Shown piece after piece: positions 48,669-62,365 of a stretch of 64,000 nt of DNA. Location: NCBI GenBank assembly GCA_963514005.1, contig OY740821.1:13454001-13518000 (forward strand). Direction: 5' to 3'. The stretch's first letter is position 1; each line of letters opens with the position of its first letter. The position numbers and the translations under genes were made by a program. The notes below the pieces were generated by a model. The model made no database searches, was not told the origin of the DNA, and was given only the letters and a program-made list of their open reading frames with translations. The stretch comes from Raja brachyura. Taxonomy: Eukaryota.

Positions 48669-50013
48669 TAGATACAAGCAACAGGTCACATCCTTTAGAT
48701 AGTGTATGTGTAAATATAGCATAAAGCATTTTAAACATTTACTCAACTATGCATGCAAAACACCAGCTTGAAAACAGACCGAGCAGAGGACAAATCACTT
48801 GCAATGAGCAGAGCGGAAAGGTTGTCAGTTTAGTTTATGGACTGTGCAGGGTTAATTGGATGGACAGGACAAATTGGTGTAAATGAGCCAAAACAGAATA
48901 GACAGAAGATGAACTCAGTGGGTCAGGCAGCATCTCTGGACAAAAAAAAGAGTAGGTGACGTTTCGGGAAGAGACCCTTAAGAGTGGACGGGTAGAAACA
49001 AGCAAAAGTTCACGTGTCCTTTAGATATGGATGGGTTGGCTTTGTTTTTCCATGGAGCAGAGGTGGAGGGAAGACTTTCCCCCCCCATTTTGGAGAGGTC
49101 TAAAACCGAGGGATATAAGCAAAGCTGAAGAGGGATAGAGGGTATTAGAAGAAAATTTGTTCTTAGCCAAAGAGTGGCTGCAGTGTGGAACACACTGGCA
49201 GAGACAACGGTGGAAACAGGCACTCTCTCAGCATTGAGAAAAGTATCAAGGCGAGTACTTGAATCACCAATTCATTGTAGGCCAAGGGCCATGTGCTCGC
49301 AAAAAGGGATGAGCGTGGAATGGCACTCGACACCGTGGACTGAAAGGCCCGCTTCCAACTCCAAAACTGGAATCTACGTTTATTTTCCTTTCAGAGGTTT
49401 TTTCTGCTAACTCTTGGTGGAAACTATTACATGCAGGAAAGTCAAAGGTTTGGAATTCATTGCAATGCCCCAAATAGTTGAAAACCTGTCCGCACTAAAT
49501 GCCAAAGGCCACATGAAGAGCACTTGACTATCGTCTCACAGGAATTCAGGGCAGGGTTGGCAGGAAGAGGGTGGTGCTGACAAATTAAAATTATGCAGGA
49601 ATCATAGGCTTTCATAATTTAGGAAAGGTAGATTCCTGAAACGCTCAAGTGTAATTTTGCTTATATTTATTGTACTTAAAGGTGTGGTCTGACAACAGGA
49701 TATAATTAAATATCAGATTCAAACATCCGCACACCTTTGTCTTCACTTATCACCTCCAGCCTTGGTGACCGTTTCCACCCTTCTCATCCCCCCCGTTGAA
49801 TCATCAGCTAATCAATCCCTCCTTACCTGGATCCACCGATCACTTGCCCGACTCCTTCCAGTCGCCTCCCTCTACTATCCATCTCCCCCTCTACTCCATC
49901 AGCCTGAAGGGTCTTGGCCCGAAATATTGTCGGTCCATTTCCCTTTCACAGATTCTGCCCGACTCAGTGTTCTTCCAATGGCAAAGGTCATTTACTTTCA
50001 CCGATTCACCTAC

Positions 50014-50149
50014 CAGTTCTGTATTTCGGCAAATGCCACCTTCATCTTCTTTATAGAAACGTCCATTTCCTCCTTAATAAGTGGACGATATCTGGCTAGA
50101 GACACAGTACATCGCTGCAAGTCTTTTGCTGACTTTTCTATGTTAGTAC
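50014..50149 (-). CDS. SPATS2: SPATS2 coding exon
   Basis: (G)TNIEKSAKDLQRCTVSLARYRPLIKEEMDVSIKKMKVAFAEIQN; poly-T plus CAG acceptor, GTAGGT donor. Confidence 0.96.
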
Positions 50150-51167
50150 CTGGAGAAAAAAAAAAAAAAAGTGAATTCTAACAACTTGCATTTGCAAACT
50201 GCTCCAAATTCTGAGAAAACAAAATGCTGGAACTACTTAATCCAATTCTTTCTGCTTCTATTGATGTTTCATTAAAAACAAGGGTGGGTGGGGGTGGAAA
50301 GAGAACAGGAGAAATGAGCTACATAGGGCTCTTAAAAATAGCGGAGTCAGGGGATATGGGGAGAAGGTAAGAGCGGGGTACTGATTGGGGATGATCAGCC
50401 ATGATCACATTGAATGGTGGTGCTGGCTCGAAGGGCCGAATGGCCTCCTCCTGCACCTATTGTCTATAATAAAACTATAATCCTCACCATCAGGTGCCGA
50501 GGAGGAGGCAGAGTCGTTTCCAATCTTTTCCAATGTACTAACTATAACTATTACATTAACAAAAACATCCATTTCAACTTTAATGCTTCAACTGTAAAAG
50601 ATACCTTCAAGAACAAACTTGCATCCTTTTTGCAACCTTGGGGCATCCCAAAGTCTGCTGCAACAAGCGAGCTACCTGAAGTCATTGTGTGCACTGACAG
50701 TTCTGGCAAATAATTCACCCACCGCAAACTCCCATCAACAGTCACGCAGCAATGACCAGATCATTTGTTTCGCAGATGTTGGGTCGAGGGATTTTGGGCA
50801 GGACATGGAGAATTCCCGCTTCTTGATGACTAAATTGTACCATGCATCTTTTACGTTTGTTTGGTTTAAACCAGCATCTGCAATTCCTTCCTGCACATTT
50901 TACACTTAGTCATGATTTAACCATTCATTCAAAAGGGAGCATCACTGACACTGCACCACTTCTTCAGTTCTGTACTACGGAGAGGAATTTTGTGTTAGCA
51001 ACACATTACTGGGGATGTTCAGGACCCCCCCCCCCCCCTTAAAAACAGGACTTCCCACAAATCAGTGTTTTCTTTTTCCATTCCGAGTTTGTTTGAGCAA
51101 GGAATAACAGACGAAGACAAAAATTAAATCAAATCAAATCCCAAAAGAGAACTATGCAGAAGCATTT

Positions 51168-51360
51168 AAGAAGGAACTGCAGATGCTGGAAAATCGAAGG
51201 TTGACAAAAGTGCTGGAGAAACTAAGCGGGTGCAGCAGCATCTATGGAGCGAAGGAAATAGGCAACGTTTCGGGCCGAAACCCGAAAGGAAATAGGCAAC
51301 GTTTCCTTCGCTCCATAGATGCTGCTGCACCCATTGAGTTTCTCCAGCACTTTTGTCTAC
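51168..51360. repeat. Palindromic Penelope-like mini-element
   Basis: Inverted arms gacaaaagtgctggagaaact.../...agtttctccagcacttttgtc. Confidence 0.7.
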
Positions 51361-52574
51361 TCTGCAGAAGCAGTTGGTTCTGCCCCGATACCATAATGTC
51401 TAGCAGGCAGCATGGACTAGTTCCACAAGATCAATAGATGGCATGATTCTCTGGAGGCCAGTGGACGTATACAATACTGGTCGTTAGGTAAATGCCATTG
51501 CGTGAGCGCTAGCTCAACAGATTGTAAGTGGAAATAATAAAAAGATGTCGAAAGTTTGAGTTTAATAATTAGAGAGAAAAGCCTTTGGGAAAGAGGGCCA
51601 AAGAGAATCCATGGAGGCAGATGGTGATGATGTGGGACAGAGAAGAACAACTGGTCATGACCATGAAAAGTTGACAAAACCAAATAAAAGTTACAATAAT
51701 CTGGGTTTAGAGGTCACGATTGATTTTGCAGACAAACATTTGTAAATAAGGAATGTCCAGGAGATAACACTGTCTGGATCCGTTTCTAAAGGGAGCAGGG
51801 ATGACATTTCAGTTTAGACATTCGTTAAGACGCATTCTCAATGTGTTCCTGTGGAGCTCGGGACATAATCAGTTATAGTCATGCACAGGACTGACTACCT
51901 GAGCATATTTCTTGTGGTGTTGTAAAGGGTAGATTCTGGCATGGAACAGGCAAACCCATGTTAAATCCACTGGTCTACACGACACATCGTCGTACTGAAT
52001 CCAACAGCAAGAGCTATAGCTTTCCACTAACTAATTAGTAAGGGTGTCAGGAGTTATGGGGAGAAGGCAGGAGAATGGGGTTGAGGGGAAAACATAGGAC
52101 AGCCACGATTGAATGGCAGAGTAGACTTGATGGGCAGAGTGGCATAATTCTACTCCTAGAACTTATGAACCAACAGGCAAATACGGTATTCATAGAACTT
52201 TAAAGGAGTGCAAATCCTTTGTGTTTAAATATTGGGGCCAAATATTGAATGCCTTCAGCTAACTGCTCAAGAATTCAATAGAACATGGATTAAAAATGCA
52301 GATCTGGATCTTAACTGGAATACAAACAGGTTCATCTTCTTTAGCTCTGGCAATAACCTACATCCGATTACACGGGAACTAGGATCTGAACACATAGCAA
52401 ACTTCACAAGATTTTTCCATTCAGCATTTGCAATTCTTGGGTCACAGCTGGTCCACAGCTTGTGACTCAGCCGTGAGCACAAAGGGAAAAAAAAAGGTCA
52501 GTATTTGAAAAGTGGGTTTCAATAAATCCACTCATTAAACATACAGTTAAATCACTGGACTGAGTTCTACACAT

Positions 52575-52960
52575 CATAGAAACATAGAAAATAGGTGTAG
52601 GAGGCCATTTGGCCCTTCGAGCCAGCACCAACATTCATTGTGATCATGGCTGATCGTCTCCAATCAATACCCCGTGCCTGCCTTCTCCCCATATCCCTGG
52701 ACTCCACTAGCCCCTAGAGCTCTATCCAACTCTCTTAAATCCACCCAGTGATTTGGCCTCCGCTGCCCTCTGGCAGGGAATTCCACAAATTCACAACTCT
52801 CTGGGTGAAAAGGTTTTTTCTCACCTCAGTCTTAAATGGCCTCCCCTTTATTCTAAGACTGTGGCCCCTGGTTCTGGACTCGCCCAACATAGGGAACATT
52901 TTTCCTGCATCTAGTTTGTCCAGTCCTATTATAATTTAATGCGTTTCTATAAGATCCCCT
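52575..52960 (-). mobile_element. CR1 LINE 3' fragment
   Basis: Close to 39172-39560 in sequence. Confidence 0.85.
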
Positions 52961-54960
52961 TTTATAAGTTTCTATAAGCCAATTGGAAAACACGGAAGAA
53001 TGCTGTTAGTCTTGTACCGGAATGAATGGTTTTAAAAAGCTTTCAGCCAGAAGCATTTTGTTCAATTCTTTGCTGCTGCAGCAGCAACACAGCTGGAAGG
53101 CAGGATGAATCAAACCCGGTCTGGCTGCTGTTAATTCAGTCTGTCCCCAGCCTCTCGAAAAACGAGAATTACCTGATAAACCATTTTAACGCCACCGGTG
53201 CTTTTTCCAATTAGAAAAAAGACGAGTAGACTGTACCAGTCTGCAAGCATCAGGCAAAGTAACACTAGACTGAGTTGCATCGTCTCGTGTGGGGCAGGAC
53301 GGGGAGAACACAACTGTGGCTTCGACAGGAAGGGGACAGTGACCACCATCAATCTTGTCTTTGCTTATGGTGACGGACTTTCATGTGTTCCTTTCTCAAT
53401 GCTCAACTCAGAAGATATTCCCTTATCCCTAGGGGTACTCATACTTTATTTTTGTAAAACAACCCATCACAGCAGTCACAGTTCTGAAGACAATTTTGTC
53501 AGAGGGTGGTGAATCCGTGGAATTCTTTGCCACAGAAGGCTGTGGAGGCCAAGTCAACGGATATTTTTAAAGCAGAGACAGATAGATTCTTGATTAGTAC
53601 GGGTGTCAGGGGTTATGGGGAGAAGGCAGGTGAATGGGGTTAGGAGAGAGATAGATCAGCCACGACTGAATGGCAGAGTAGACTTGATGGGCCAAATGGC
53701 CTAATTCTGCTCCTATTACTTAAGACTTATGACGACAATCAATCCAAGATAAAAATACTCTGATATATTGTCATGAATGTGGACCTACACAGGATTTGCC
53801 CCAACCCTACAAACTTTAAAATTATAGCCTTGTGCAATATAAATACAATAACCCGAGTTGCATAACTTTGCCCAGCAACTTAATGGTTCAGTAATTTCAA
53901 ATAAGCAACTTGGCAATTTCACATCTTACACCTGCACACTTGAATGGCTTTAAGAACATTACCCGTTGTCAAGCAAATGGCAGTTTCAGATGCGACTCTT
54001 TGGCAGCGTTTAAAGCCTGCATAATGATCCTGCTGGATAGGAAGGCCGATACTTGGAGCAACGTTGAATTCTTTAGAATTGACCAGGTGAAACTAAAATT
54101 TATTTCTGGCAACCCACTCAATTATTCCAAAATTACTGCATAATATTTATGTTGTTTGAGGATCAACCTTTCAAAGAATGGTTTATTTGTAAATTGGGGC
54201 ATCATACATGCTAATATATGAAGAGAAGCTTGGTTACTAATCGCACTTGATGCTAAACATTGGAACGATTCCGAAATGGGAAGGCACTTTGTTCTACGAT
54301 TAATTACAGTGATCAATGTACAAGCACAACTACAATTGGTTATATGCATGTTACCTTGACATATGATATTTGCACAGACCTTTAATCCCTTGTTTAACCC
54401 ATTTGAAGCAAACTGGGAAAGACTTTCATAAGTTAATATCACAGAAGAAACTAAAAGATATGAAACTTTATCCATTTTGCCTTGCCAAGTAAGGTTGTTA
54501 GACATTTAACCAACACTGGAAAAAGTTAACCAGAGACGATGTCTAATTGGGGAAGTCACATTAACTTGATGTAAATTTATGCTCCCATTTGTAGATTTCC
54601 AAACACCAAACTATTTGTGCCTCTAATTTTAAAATAATTTATTGCTTAAATACAAACTTGAAAACATCCAATCAATATCAATCCATGTGCAGAAGCCTGC
54701 AAGCATATCTGAAATTCAATCGGCGAACAAATTGAACAATTTGCTGTGATTCACCACACGTTTAAGAAATGCAGAGTCTGGGTAGTCCTGTTACACAACA
54801 TAGCAAAAGAGCCCAAATAAATCTTGGGATGACCGCAAGTAATTCATTAGGAGACCACACACAGGGATAATACTCACCTTTGGAATTCTAAAAGAAATAG
54901 GCATGGATAGTCTCAAACTAGTTTAATAGTTTACTGTGGACCTGGGTTCAAAGCAATAAT

Positions 54961-55989
54961 TAGGTATGTTACAAAACTTACCTTGAGCAGCGCTGCAGTT
55001 CTGCCGCTCCCCGTGTGCGCGACTTTGGCGCCTTTCAGAGGGGGGCGGGCTTAAAGTGCCTTTTTCCACAGGCAGGGAAAATCGATCCATGTCGGGCGAT
55101 TTCGTTACGGAAGAAAAATCGCTCTGACATTTCATGAATGAAGGTATTTTTAAATTAAATTATTTATTAACTAGAGCAATTTAAAAATAACCTTCAAAAG
55201 CCGTGAGTGCCGACAACCGGAAGGATTTTGCGTAGGGGTGAAAAAAAGGTAAATAGTTTATTTTTATATTAAAAGTTGGTTTTTCGGGAGGCTTTAATAA
55301 CATTTTCATGTTGCGAAATGGGGTCCAAAAAAATGTATGAACAAACAGTATTTTTCCTCCCGACTTCACTGCTAACCACAACGTTCCAATCCACCGCATT
55401 CCACTAAAACCCACTCGCTAGTTGATTTAAATGGCCATTAATTTACAGGAATCAAACACTAAATTCCTTCCATTTGGCCCAGAAATTCATGAAAATGAGA
55501 TTTAAAAATTATCTTATAATGTGGATTGTTGTGTGAATGCTATTTGGACACTTAGGCAATTTTTAAAAAGTTTATCTTTTCTTAAGAAATGGATAGATGT
55601 TTAAATCTACTCATTGAATTTTGTAATTAGCTACAATTAGATAACTAACGAATTATATGCTTTAATTTCAGGTCATCCAAGTAAGATTGTTTCATATTTG
55701 TTTCAGAATGCTTCAATCTATAATAACTGAAAATTTCATTCAGTTCTCTTAATTTTTAAGAAAGTTATGGGATTTTAACTGTTCCAGATCACAGCTTTTG
55801 AGTTAAGTCAATTGAAAGGCAATGGGGAACAAGATGCTAATTTCCGAGTATGAAAATGGCCATAACTTTCTTAATACTGAAGATTATGAAAGTGAATTAG
55901 GTGTCAAATTAAACTTCTTTTTATGCTTTATCTGATGGGATAAATTGCAGACTTGATTTTTTAAATCTCAAAATTTTGTAACATTGCTA
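54961..55989. mobile_element. Non-autonomous TIR DNA transposon, about 1.03 kb, 7-bp TSD
   Basis: TIRs taggtatgttacaaaa / ttttgtaacattgcta; caataat at 54954-54960 and 55990-55996. Confidence 0.8.
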
Positions 55990-57235
55990 CAATAATATTC
56001 CACAAACAAAATCCTCGTATGTCATAAGGCGAGTTGGCAAAGTTGGGTAAATTGTGGGGTAATGAGGCCAGAGTTAATATATCTTCTTGTATTAGAAAAT
56101 AAGTGAGCTTTAAGTTACAGCTGAAATCAAACTAATCTAGCATGAAAGTGGTCAACGCTGACAAGAGCGGCAAGAACTGGGATGTTCTTGAGCTCCACAC
56201 AAGCGAAAATCCAAGTGCAATTATGCAGCAATATAGAAATGGAACACAAAGCTGCAATACATTCTCATAAAAGAATGGTTCTGCCTATAATTGTGCATGG
56301 AATCCAGTTTTCAGTTTATGGCACTGAAGCAGATATGCAGGCAGACATACCAAGCAAAAGCCTCAGATTCACTTATAAAAAGGTTAGGTTATAAAAATAT
56401 ATATATTCAGAGGCTGTGTCAGCTCAGAGTTCTGTTGCATATCTCACGGTTCAAATACACTGCCAGAGCGCAAATAGCACAAGCAAAGTGATGCTACAAT
56501 TGCACCGTCAGATCTTTCACGAATCCAACACTGAACATAATCTGAGGCGTTACATAATACTCAAGTTATTTGATGAATTCCACCCCAAAAAAGGCTGCTC
56601 TCAGAATGCTGTCATTTGTACACAGCTGGCCAGTATTTGAGTAACACGTCTAGCTTGTTGGCACAAGTCTAGCTTTATTAGTTCTCTCCAAGATCTTGAC
56701 AAAACTAGATTGCTTTGGGGGGGGGGGGGGGGGGGGGGTGTGGAGTCAAGAGAGAAACAAAGTGTAGAAAAGATTTGCATCAGAACAGAGGGTAAACCCA
56801 CCCAGGAAGAATAAAAAGGCCAAGTCTCTCCCCCCTTCCTGCTCCTTAAACACGAGGTCATCCAAAATGGATCATTTGACTTGATTCACTCCACCACTGG
56901 CATCCATGCTATCAGCTTCCACATTGCTGAGCTCTCCAATTCCCTCCCAAAACCTCTTCACTTCTCAAGACAAGGACTGGTCGAACTGAATTCACAATTT
57001 CTCTGACATCTCCCCCCCCCCCCCGTTATTTTATACAAGAAAACTCCCTACCCAGTTACACAATATTTATTTGGCATATGTGGAATCACCACACCCAACA
57101 GTGAACCACACATATATGACCAACATACTCTCTCACTCTCCCCCCAACATTGTTGCAAATTGAAGCTTAACTAGTTCACCAGGTCTACATTTCAGTATTT
57201 TATATCATGCAAAATGCTTTGGAAATACCCCTTAC

Positions 57236-57448
57236 CTATTTTTTTATTTTTAGATGAAACAAATGCACCATCATCTGGCATGACTAAGGAAAGAGAGGCA
57301 GAGGACTGTGAACCCGAAGAAGCTCGTGATCTGGGCTTGGCCGCATGTCTTTGTTGCTGTGTTCTTGAAGAATGGGCACTATGGTGGAATGGTTGACTCG
57401 GCTGGTGCTTTGATTCAGATTTACACTTTTCATTTTCTATTGCAGATT
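57236..57448 (-). CDS. SPATS2: SPATS2 coding exon (low-complexity linker)
   Basis: (E)SAIENEKCKS...QQQRHAAKPRSR...AFVSSKNKKI (human QQPRNAAKSLSR); tttttcag acceptor, GTAAGG donor; phase 1-1 fits both neighbours. Confidence 0.9.
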
Positions 57449-58470
57449 CTGAAAAATAGTAGTTAAGGGAATTGTCAGGATGAAGGCTGCAATCAAAAAC
57501 AAACATTTTTAATTATGGGGGGGGGGAAACCCCTCCCAAAAAAACACCGTTTTAACACCTTCTCCATATTATGTTAAGATACAAGAGTTAGACAACTCAA
57601 AAGTTGTGTCATTTCAATACAGTTTACAGTAAACCGACAGACTTTAAGCAAGGAAACTGCCTCATCTGAAGATTTGCCGGATAAAGAGAAAGTTTTGTTT
57701 TAGACTAAGATCCAGCTTAGTTACAAGGTGATCTGATCAAAAGTCAGCCAGCATCTGCAGGAGTAATTCACAACCAAGCAAGCTAGTTTTTTCTCCCCCT
57801 AATTGAAAGGGGAAAATTCATGGAGGTACCAAAACTAAAGTTGAAGCAGACAACAATTAAGACTACATATTCAAGCATTCCTCCTTGTTAATACAGTAGC
57901 GCAAAAAAAAAGAAATTAGCCTAGAATATAGACATAAATAAATTGGTAGTGAATTGCTGGTAACAAATGAGCAAAGTTCATAAATAATTTGCAAAATCTG
58001 TTTCAATGCTTTAAATCACTGTCAGCACAAGTTTGTTTTTTTAATGTACTGCATGTGTACAAAGACATTTTAATATGGATCATTTTTTTACTTTTGGATC
58101 AATCTGTGCAAAGAGTATTCAAGGCTTAAATAGCATTGATGTTCACATCATGAACACAAGGACCAAGGAAATCAAAAAGATCACAAAACCATTATTAAGT
58201 TTTGTTTTGGCAGTGGCTGGATTACTGAAGTCAGAGAGCATCATCATTAACAGGTTTCAGTGTTATATTTAGTTCCGTTTGTATAAAGTGAAATACTTTC
58301 AGATTAGCGTCAACCCACCACCAAAAACAAACCTAGATGCTTGCAATTATTTGAGAGAGATTAAGAGTCTAATAAAACAAAAAAGAGAATTAAAACATTG
58401 TGGGGAAAACGGTGTATTCAAAACATAAAGACAAATGTATTAATCAGAAGAAAATTTACATGCACCATAC

Positions 58471-58723
58471 CATCTATTTCAGGAGTCAATGATTCGGAAT
58501 CTTCCAGCTCTTGGGCATCCACGGAAAGGGTCTCCAGGTGTTCAGTGAGAGAATCCACCGACTCGTCATCGTTTACAGACCCATTGAGGTGATAACCGTT
58601 TACTTCCTCCTTCTCAGAAGAAGCTGCAGACAGTTCACCACCATTAGCCGTGCTTTTTTCTGACTGCAATTGCTCTGGTTCCGCTTCAACTTTTGGCTTT
58701 GGTTTAATCTTCTTCTTCTTGTG
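58471..58723 (-). CDS. SPATS2: SPATS2 coding exon
   Basis: HKKKKIKPKPK...VNGYHLNGSVNDDESVDSLTEHLETLSVDAQELEDSESLTPEID; TAG acceptor, GTATGG donor. Confidence 0.93.
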
Positions 58724-59694
58724 CTAGGTATTGTTAAAAAAGGAAGACGCTTGAAGCAGTGTTTAAAGACAGTCAAATCTTGAAGGCATTATTTTTATTT
58801 GCAAGGCCAAATTAGCGGTGACAAGTTTGCATAGCTTTCCCAACATGTTAAGATGGTTTAGTTTACTCTGCATCCGGTGCCAATATAAAGGATCTCTTCA
58901 CAGTATAGGGATCAGGTGAAAGGCAGGATATCCTTGCCCTTTCCTTACAGACGTACATATATAAATTTATGATTATAATTAATGTTTTACACACACACAC
59001 ATATATACATACAATTTAATTTTAATTTAATTATAATCACACACGCGCACGCATTTACTCATCAAAACAGCACCCCAACAACTTTTCCGCCATTCAAACA
59101 GCCATCAACTGACGACCCAGTTTGGAGCTGGGTTGTATTGTAGAAGTCACTGTATTAGCGCCACTGCCAGATTTAAACACAGAGCATTAACACACTCAAA
59201 TAGATTTAATTGATTATAAATTGAAAAGATCAAATCTGCTAGATACAAATCCAGACTGCAGAGCCAAAAAGGTCTCAAGGGTTCAAACCATGCTGCAATT
59301 TAATATCAAAGCAGTAACGCATGGCAGTTTGCTCAGCAGTCAACATGGACATTAGATTGCTGGTAGCTAAAAGGGCAGATTCAGCTTCATAAAACACAAG
59401 CTCTTTGTAACTGGTGTACTGTGTCCAATTCCAGGCAACTTGTTTTTTGGAAAACTGCAAAAGTCTTGAGAGGGTGCAGAAGAGCATTATGTACAAACAT
59501 AATTCTAGGAATGAGGGATTTCAGTTAATTGGAAAGACTTGGAAAAAAACTGGGATTGTTCTCCTTGGTGGTTATGAGGGAATCCAATGGAGGTATTTGA
59601 AATAATTTAGGGCATAGACAAGGGATTGAAACTATTCCCACTGGTAAAAGGATCAAGAACTGGGAGAAGTAGAGTAAATGTCTATGGACTAGAA

Positions 59695-60159
59695 CAGTGC
59701 TTCTTAAAATCTATTTCAGTGTCATTCACCCGTGAGTCTTTATCGCAAAATTTCATTCACCCTCGACTAAATTTTATGTTTTTTGGTAATTTTAGTCTTA
59801 TTCTCCTTTGTGCATAATTTATATAATTTATTTTGTCACATGAGCAAAACACATAAATTAACTCATTTCTAAGTGTTTATTTTCTTCAACTTTTTGAACA
59901 TCCTAAAAATGTAAAGAAAACTAGGAGTGAAATAAAAGTTTAATTACCACTGGAGTTGGAAAATCATTCTATTACAATGATTTTTAAAAAACCATTCCAA
60001 TGTCTAAACACTGGGCTTCAGCCCCATCCTACCCTTTCGGGCTTTGATTACTGCAGTTTTTTTCTTGGAAAACTAGCTCAAAAAACCACGGGCCATCATT
60101 CACCCCAAAATAATTTCATTCGCCCTTGGGTGAACCATTCACCAGTTTAAGAAGCACTG
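59695..60159. mobile_element. hAT (Charlie-type) non-autonomous element
   Basis: Perfect 14-bp TIR cagtgcttcttaaa / tttaagaagcactg; 8-bp TSD gactagaa at 59687-59694 and 60160-60167. Confidence 0.9.
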
Positions 60160-60300
60160 GACTAGAACTAAAGGAGAGATTAGAAAACAGTTTTACATTG
60201 CTCATGGTTAGAGTCTGAAGAGTCTAAGGTCATAACAGACATACTAGTGGAAGCAGTCAACTGTGGCTTTCAAAAGGAGATATCTGGAAGTACTGTGGCG

Positions 60301-60495
60301 GAAGGAACTGCAGATGCTGGTTTAAACCAAAGATGGAAACAAAATGCTGGAGTAACTCAGCTTGACAGGCAGCATGTCTGGAGAGAAGGATGGGTGACGT
60401 TTCGTGTCGAGAAGGATCTGGACCTGAAAAGTCACCCATTCCTTCTCTCCAGAGATGCTGCCTGTCAAGCTGAGTTACTCCAGCATTTTGTTTCT
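60301..60495. repeat. Palindromic Penelope-like mini-element
   Basis: Inverted arms aaacaaaatgctggagtaactcagcttgacaggcagcat / atgctgcctgtcaagctgagttactccagcattttgttt. Confidence 0.75.
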
Positions 60496-60839
60496 ATTTG
60501 GAAGCACTTGCAGGGATATTAGGAAGCGGGCAGGTGGCTAGAACGCTCTTCCATGGAAGCTGGCATAGACCCCAAGGGATGAATTAACTCCTATGTTGTA
60601 ACCATTGTGTGATTTTATTCTCTTGCAACAGTTGGCTGCTTTAACCACTGCTTACCGCTTTTCAATTAGGAAGTCTAATAAGATTGAAAATTGGTTGGGA
60701 GGGAGGAAATTTTAATCGGGATTTAATTGGTGGGATTTAACAAGGGTTTGAAGTACAGATTAACTATGATCCATTTGAACAGCAGAGCAGCCTCAAGGGG
60801 ATGAGTGGTTTCCTCCTGTTCATACGTCACCGTCCGTAC

Positions 60840-60889
60840 CTTCTTTTTTCCTGTTACGCTCCATTCTTTTAGTATCTCTGTGGCAGAAC
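60840..60889 (-). CDS. SPATS2: SPATS2 coding exon
   Basis: (G)SATEILKEWSVTGKKK; AAG acceptor, GTACGG donor. Confidence 0.94.
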
Positions 60890-62365
60890 CTTAAATAAAA
60901 AAAATCATTAAATTACAGTAATTCTTCAAAAAGCACATCAAATATCATGATGCAATTTTCAAAATATCACAAACAGATTTTAGAAACCTTTTCATTGTTT
61001 CGGTCGTTATCTTATTGGCACGACCAAAATATGAAATGTTAGCGTTTTGATGATTATTTGGCATTTCGGCATTCTGTAAATATGCTACCATATTTTGATA
61101 AAAATTTAAAAGGAATATTAAAAAGGTCAATAATCTTTTCATATTGTAGACGTTAGCAAAAACTGCTCTATAAATATGTACATTCGATGACCCAGAGGTT
61201 CTAGTCGTCTGTCCATGTAATTCTCTGTCACTCAGACCCGTTTTTGAGGACCTAATCTGTTGCAATGATGCCCAACCCAAGCCCTTCACATCCTCTTTGG
61301 CCTCACTGATTTCAGCAATTTCAGGTAACTAGCACTTTTCTTCCTCTACGTATATTGCTGTACATTTTTCAATTTGTTCCTTTAATGCTTTTCTCTTCGG
61401 TTTTTAAAACTGTTGAACATTTATAGTAATGTTTGGGTTGACAACCATGGTCCGTCCGCACCATTACACAGAAATTGTTCGGCCTTCCCCTTTTACATCT
61501 TAAATCACACTTGTTTTCTCACTTTTCCAATTATGCGGACGAGTCATTGACCTGAAACACCGACCGTCCCTCCGCTTATTTGTGGAATTCTCTGCCACAG
61601 AAGGCAGTGGAGGCCAATTCGCTGGACGTTTTCAAGAGAGAGTTACATCTAGCTCTTGGGGCGAATGGACTCGAGGGATTTGGGGGAAAAAGCAGGAATG
61701 GGGTACTGATTTTAGATGATCAGCCATGATAATATTGAATGGTTGTGCTGGCTCGAAGAGCTGAATGGCCTCCTCCTGCACCTATTTTTCTATTTAGATG
61801 CTACCTGACGTTTCTTCTTTCATTCTGGATTTCCAATTTCAGCAGTTTTTTTACTGCTACGCCAGCATGATTTGGTGATGATATTCAGATAGGCTTAGAG
61901 ACAGCTAGTGTAGGAAATGGAAATACCTCTAATAGTTAAAAACTACAAAAATAAGGAAAAGCAGTGAATAGATCTTAATATTATACGACATTAGTCTGGA
62001 TCTCTGGGGGCCCAGTTAGTGTCAATCCCTAGTACCAGCCTTAGTCTGAACTAGATTAGCATCAAAGGATAATGTGTGGATTTTAGTTTGAAAAGGTTAT
62101 GATCCATGTTCAACACTTTGATTTGTCTTAAAACTTATTTGAAGCCCTAGCAAAGGAGCCCTAAACCCTTTGGAGGAATTAGATAGTGAGAAGGGAAAAG
62201 AAAGCAAAGCATACAGATTTTTTTTTTCCCTTCATAAATCTGTCTGGAAGTCCATCAGGAAATATTGATAGGAGGAATTCTACAATAGGGTTAGGTCTAT
62301 TATTATCACAGGTACCAAGGTACAGCAAAAGGATTTGTTTTGCATGCCATCTAAACAGATCACCT

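Noticed and set aside
54122-54505. 127-aa intronic ORF on -
   Set aside because: No recognisable motif, and SPATS2 exon phases already join without it.
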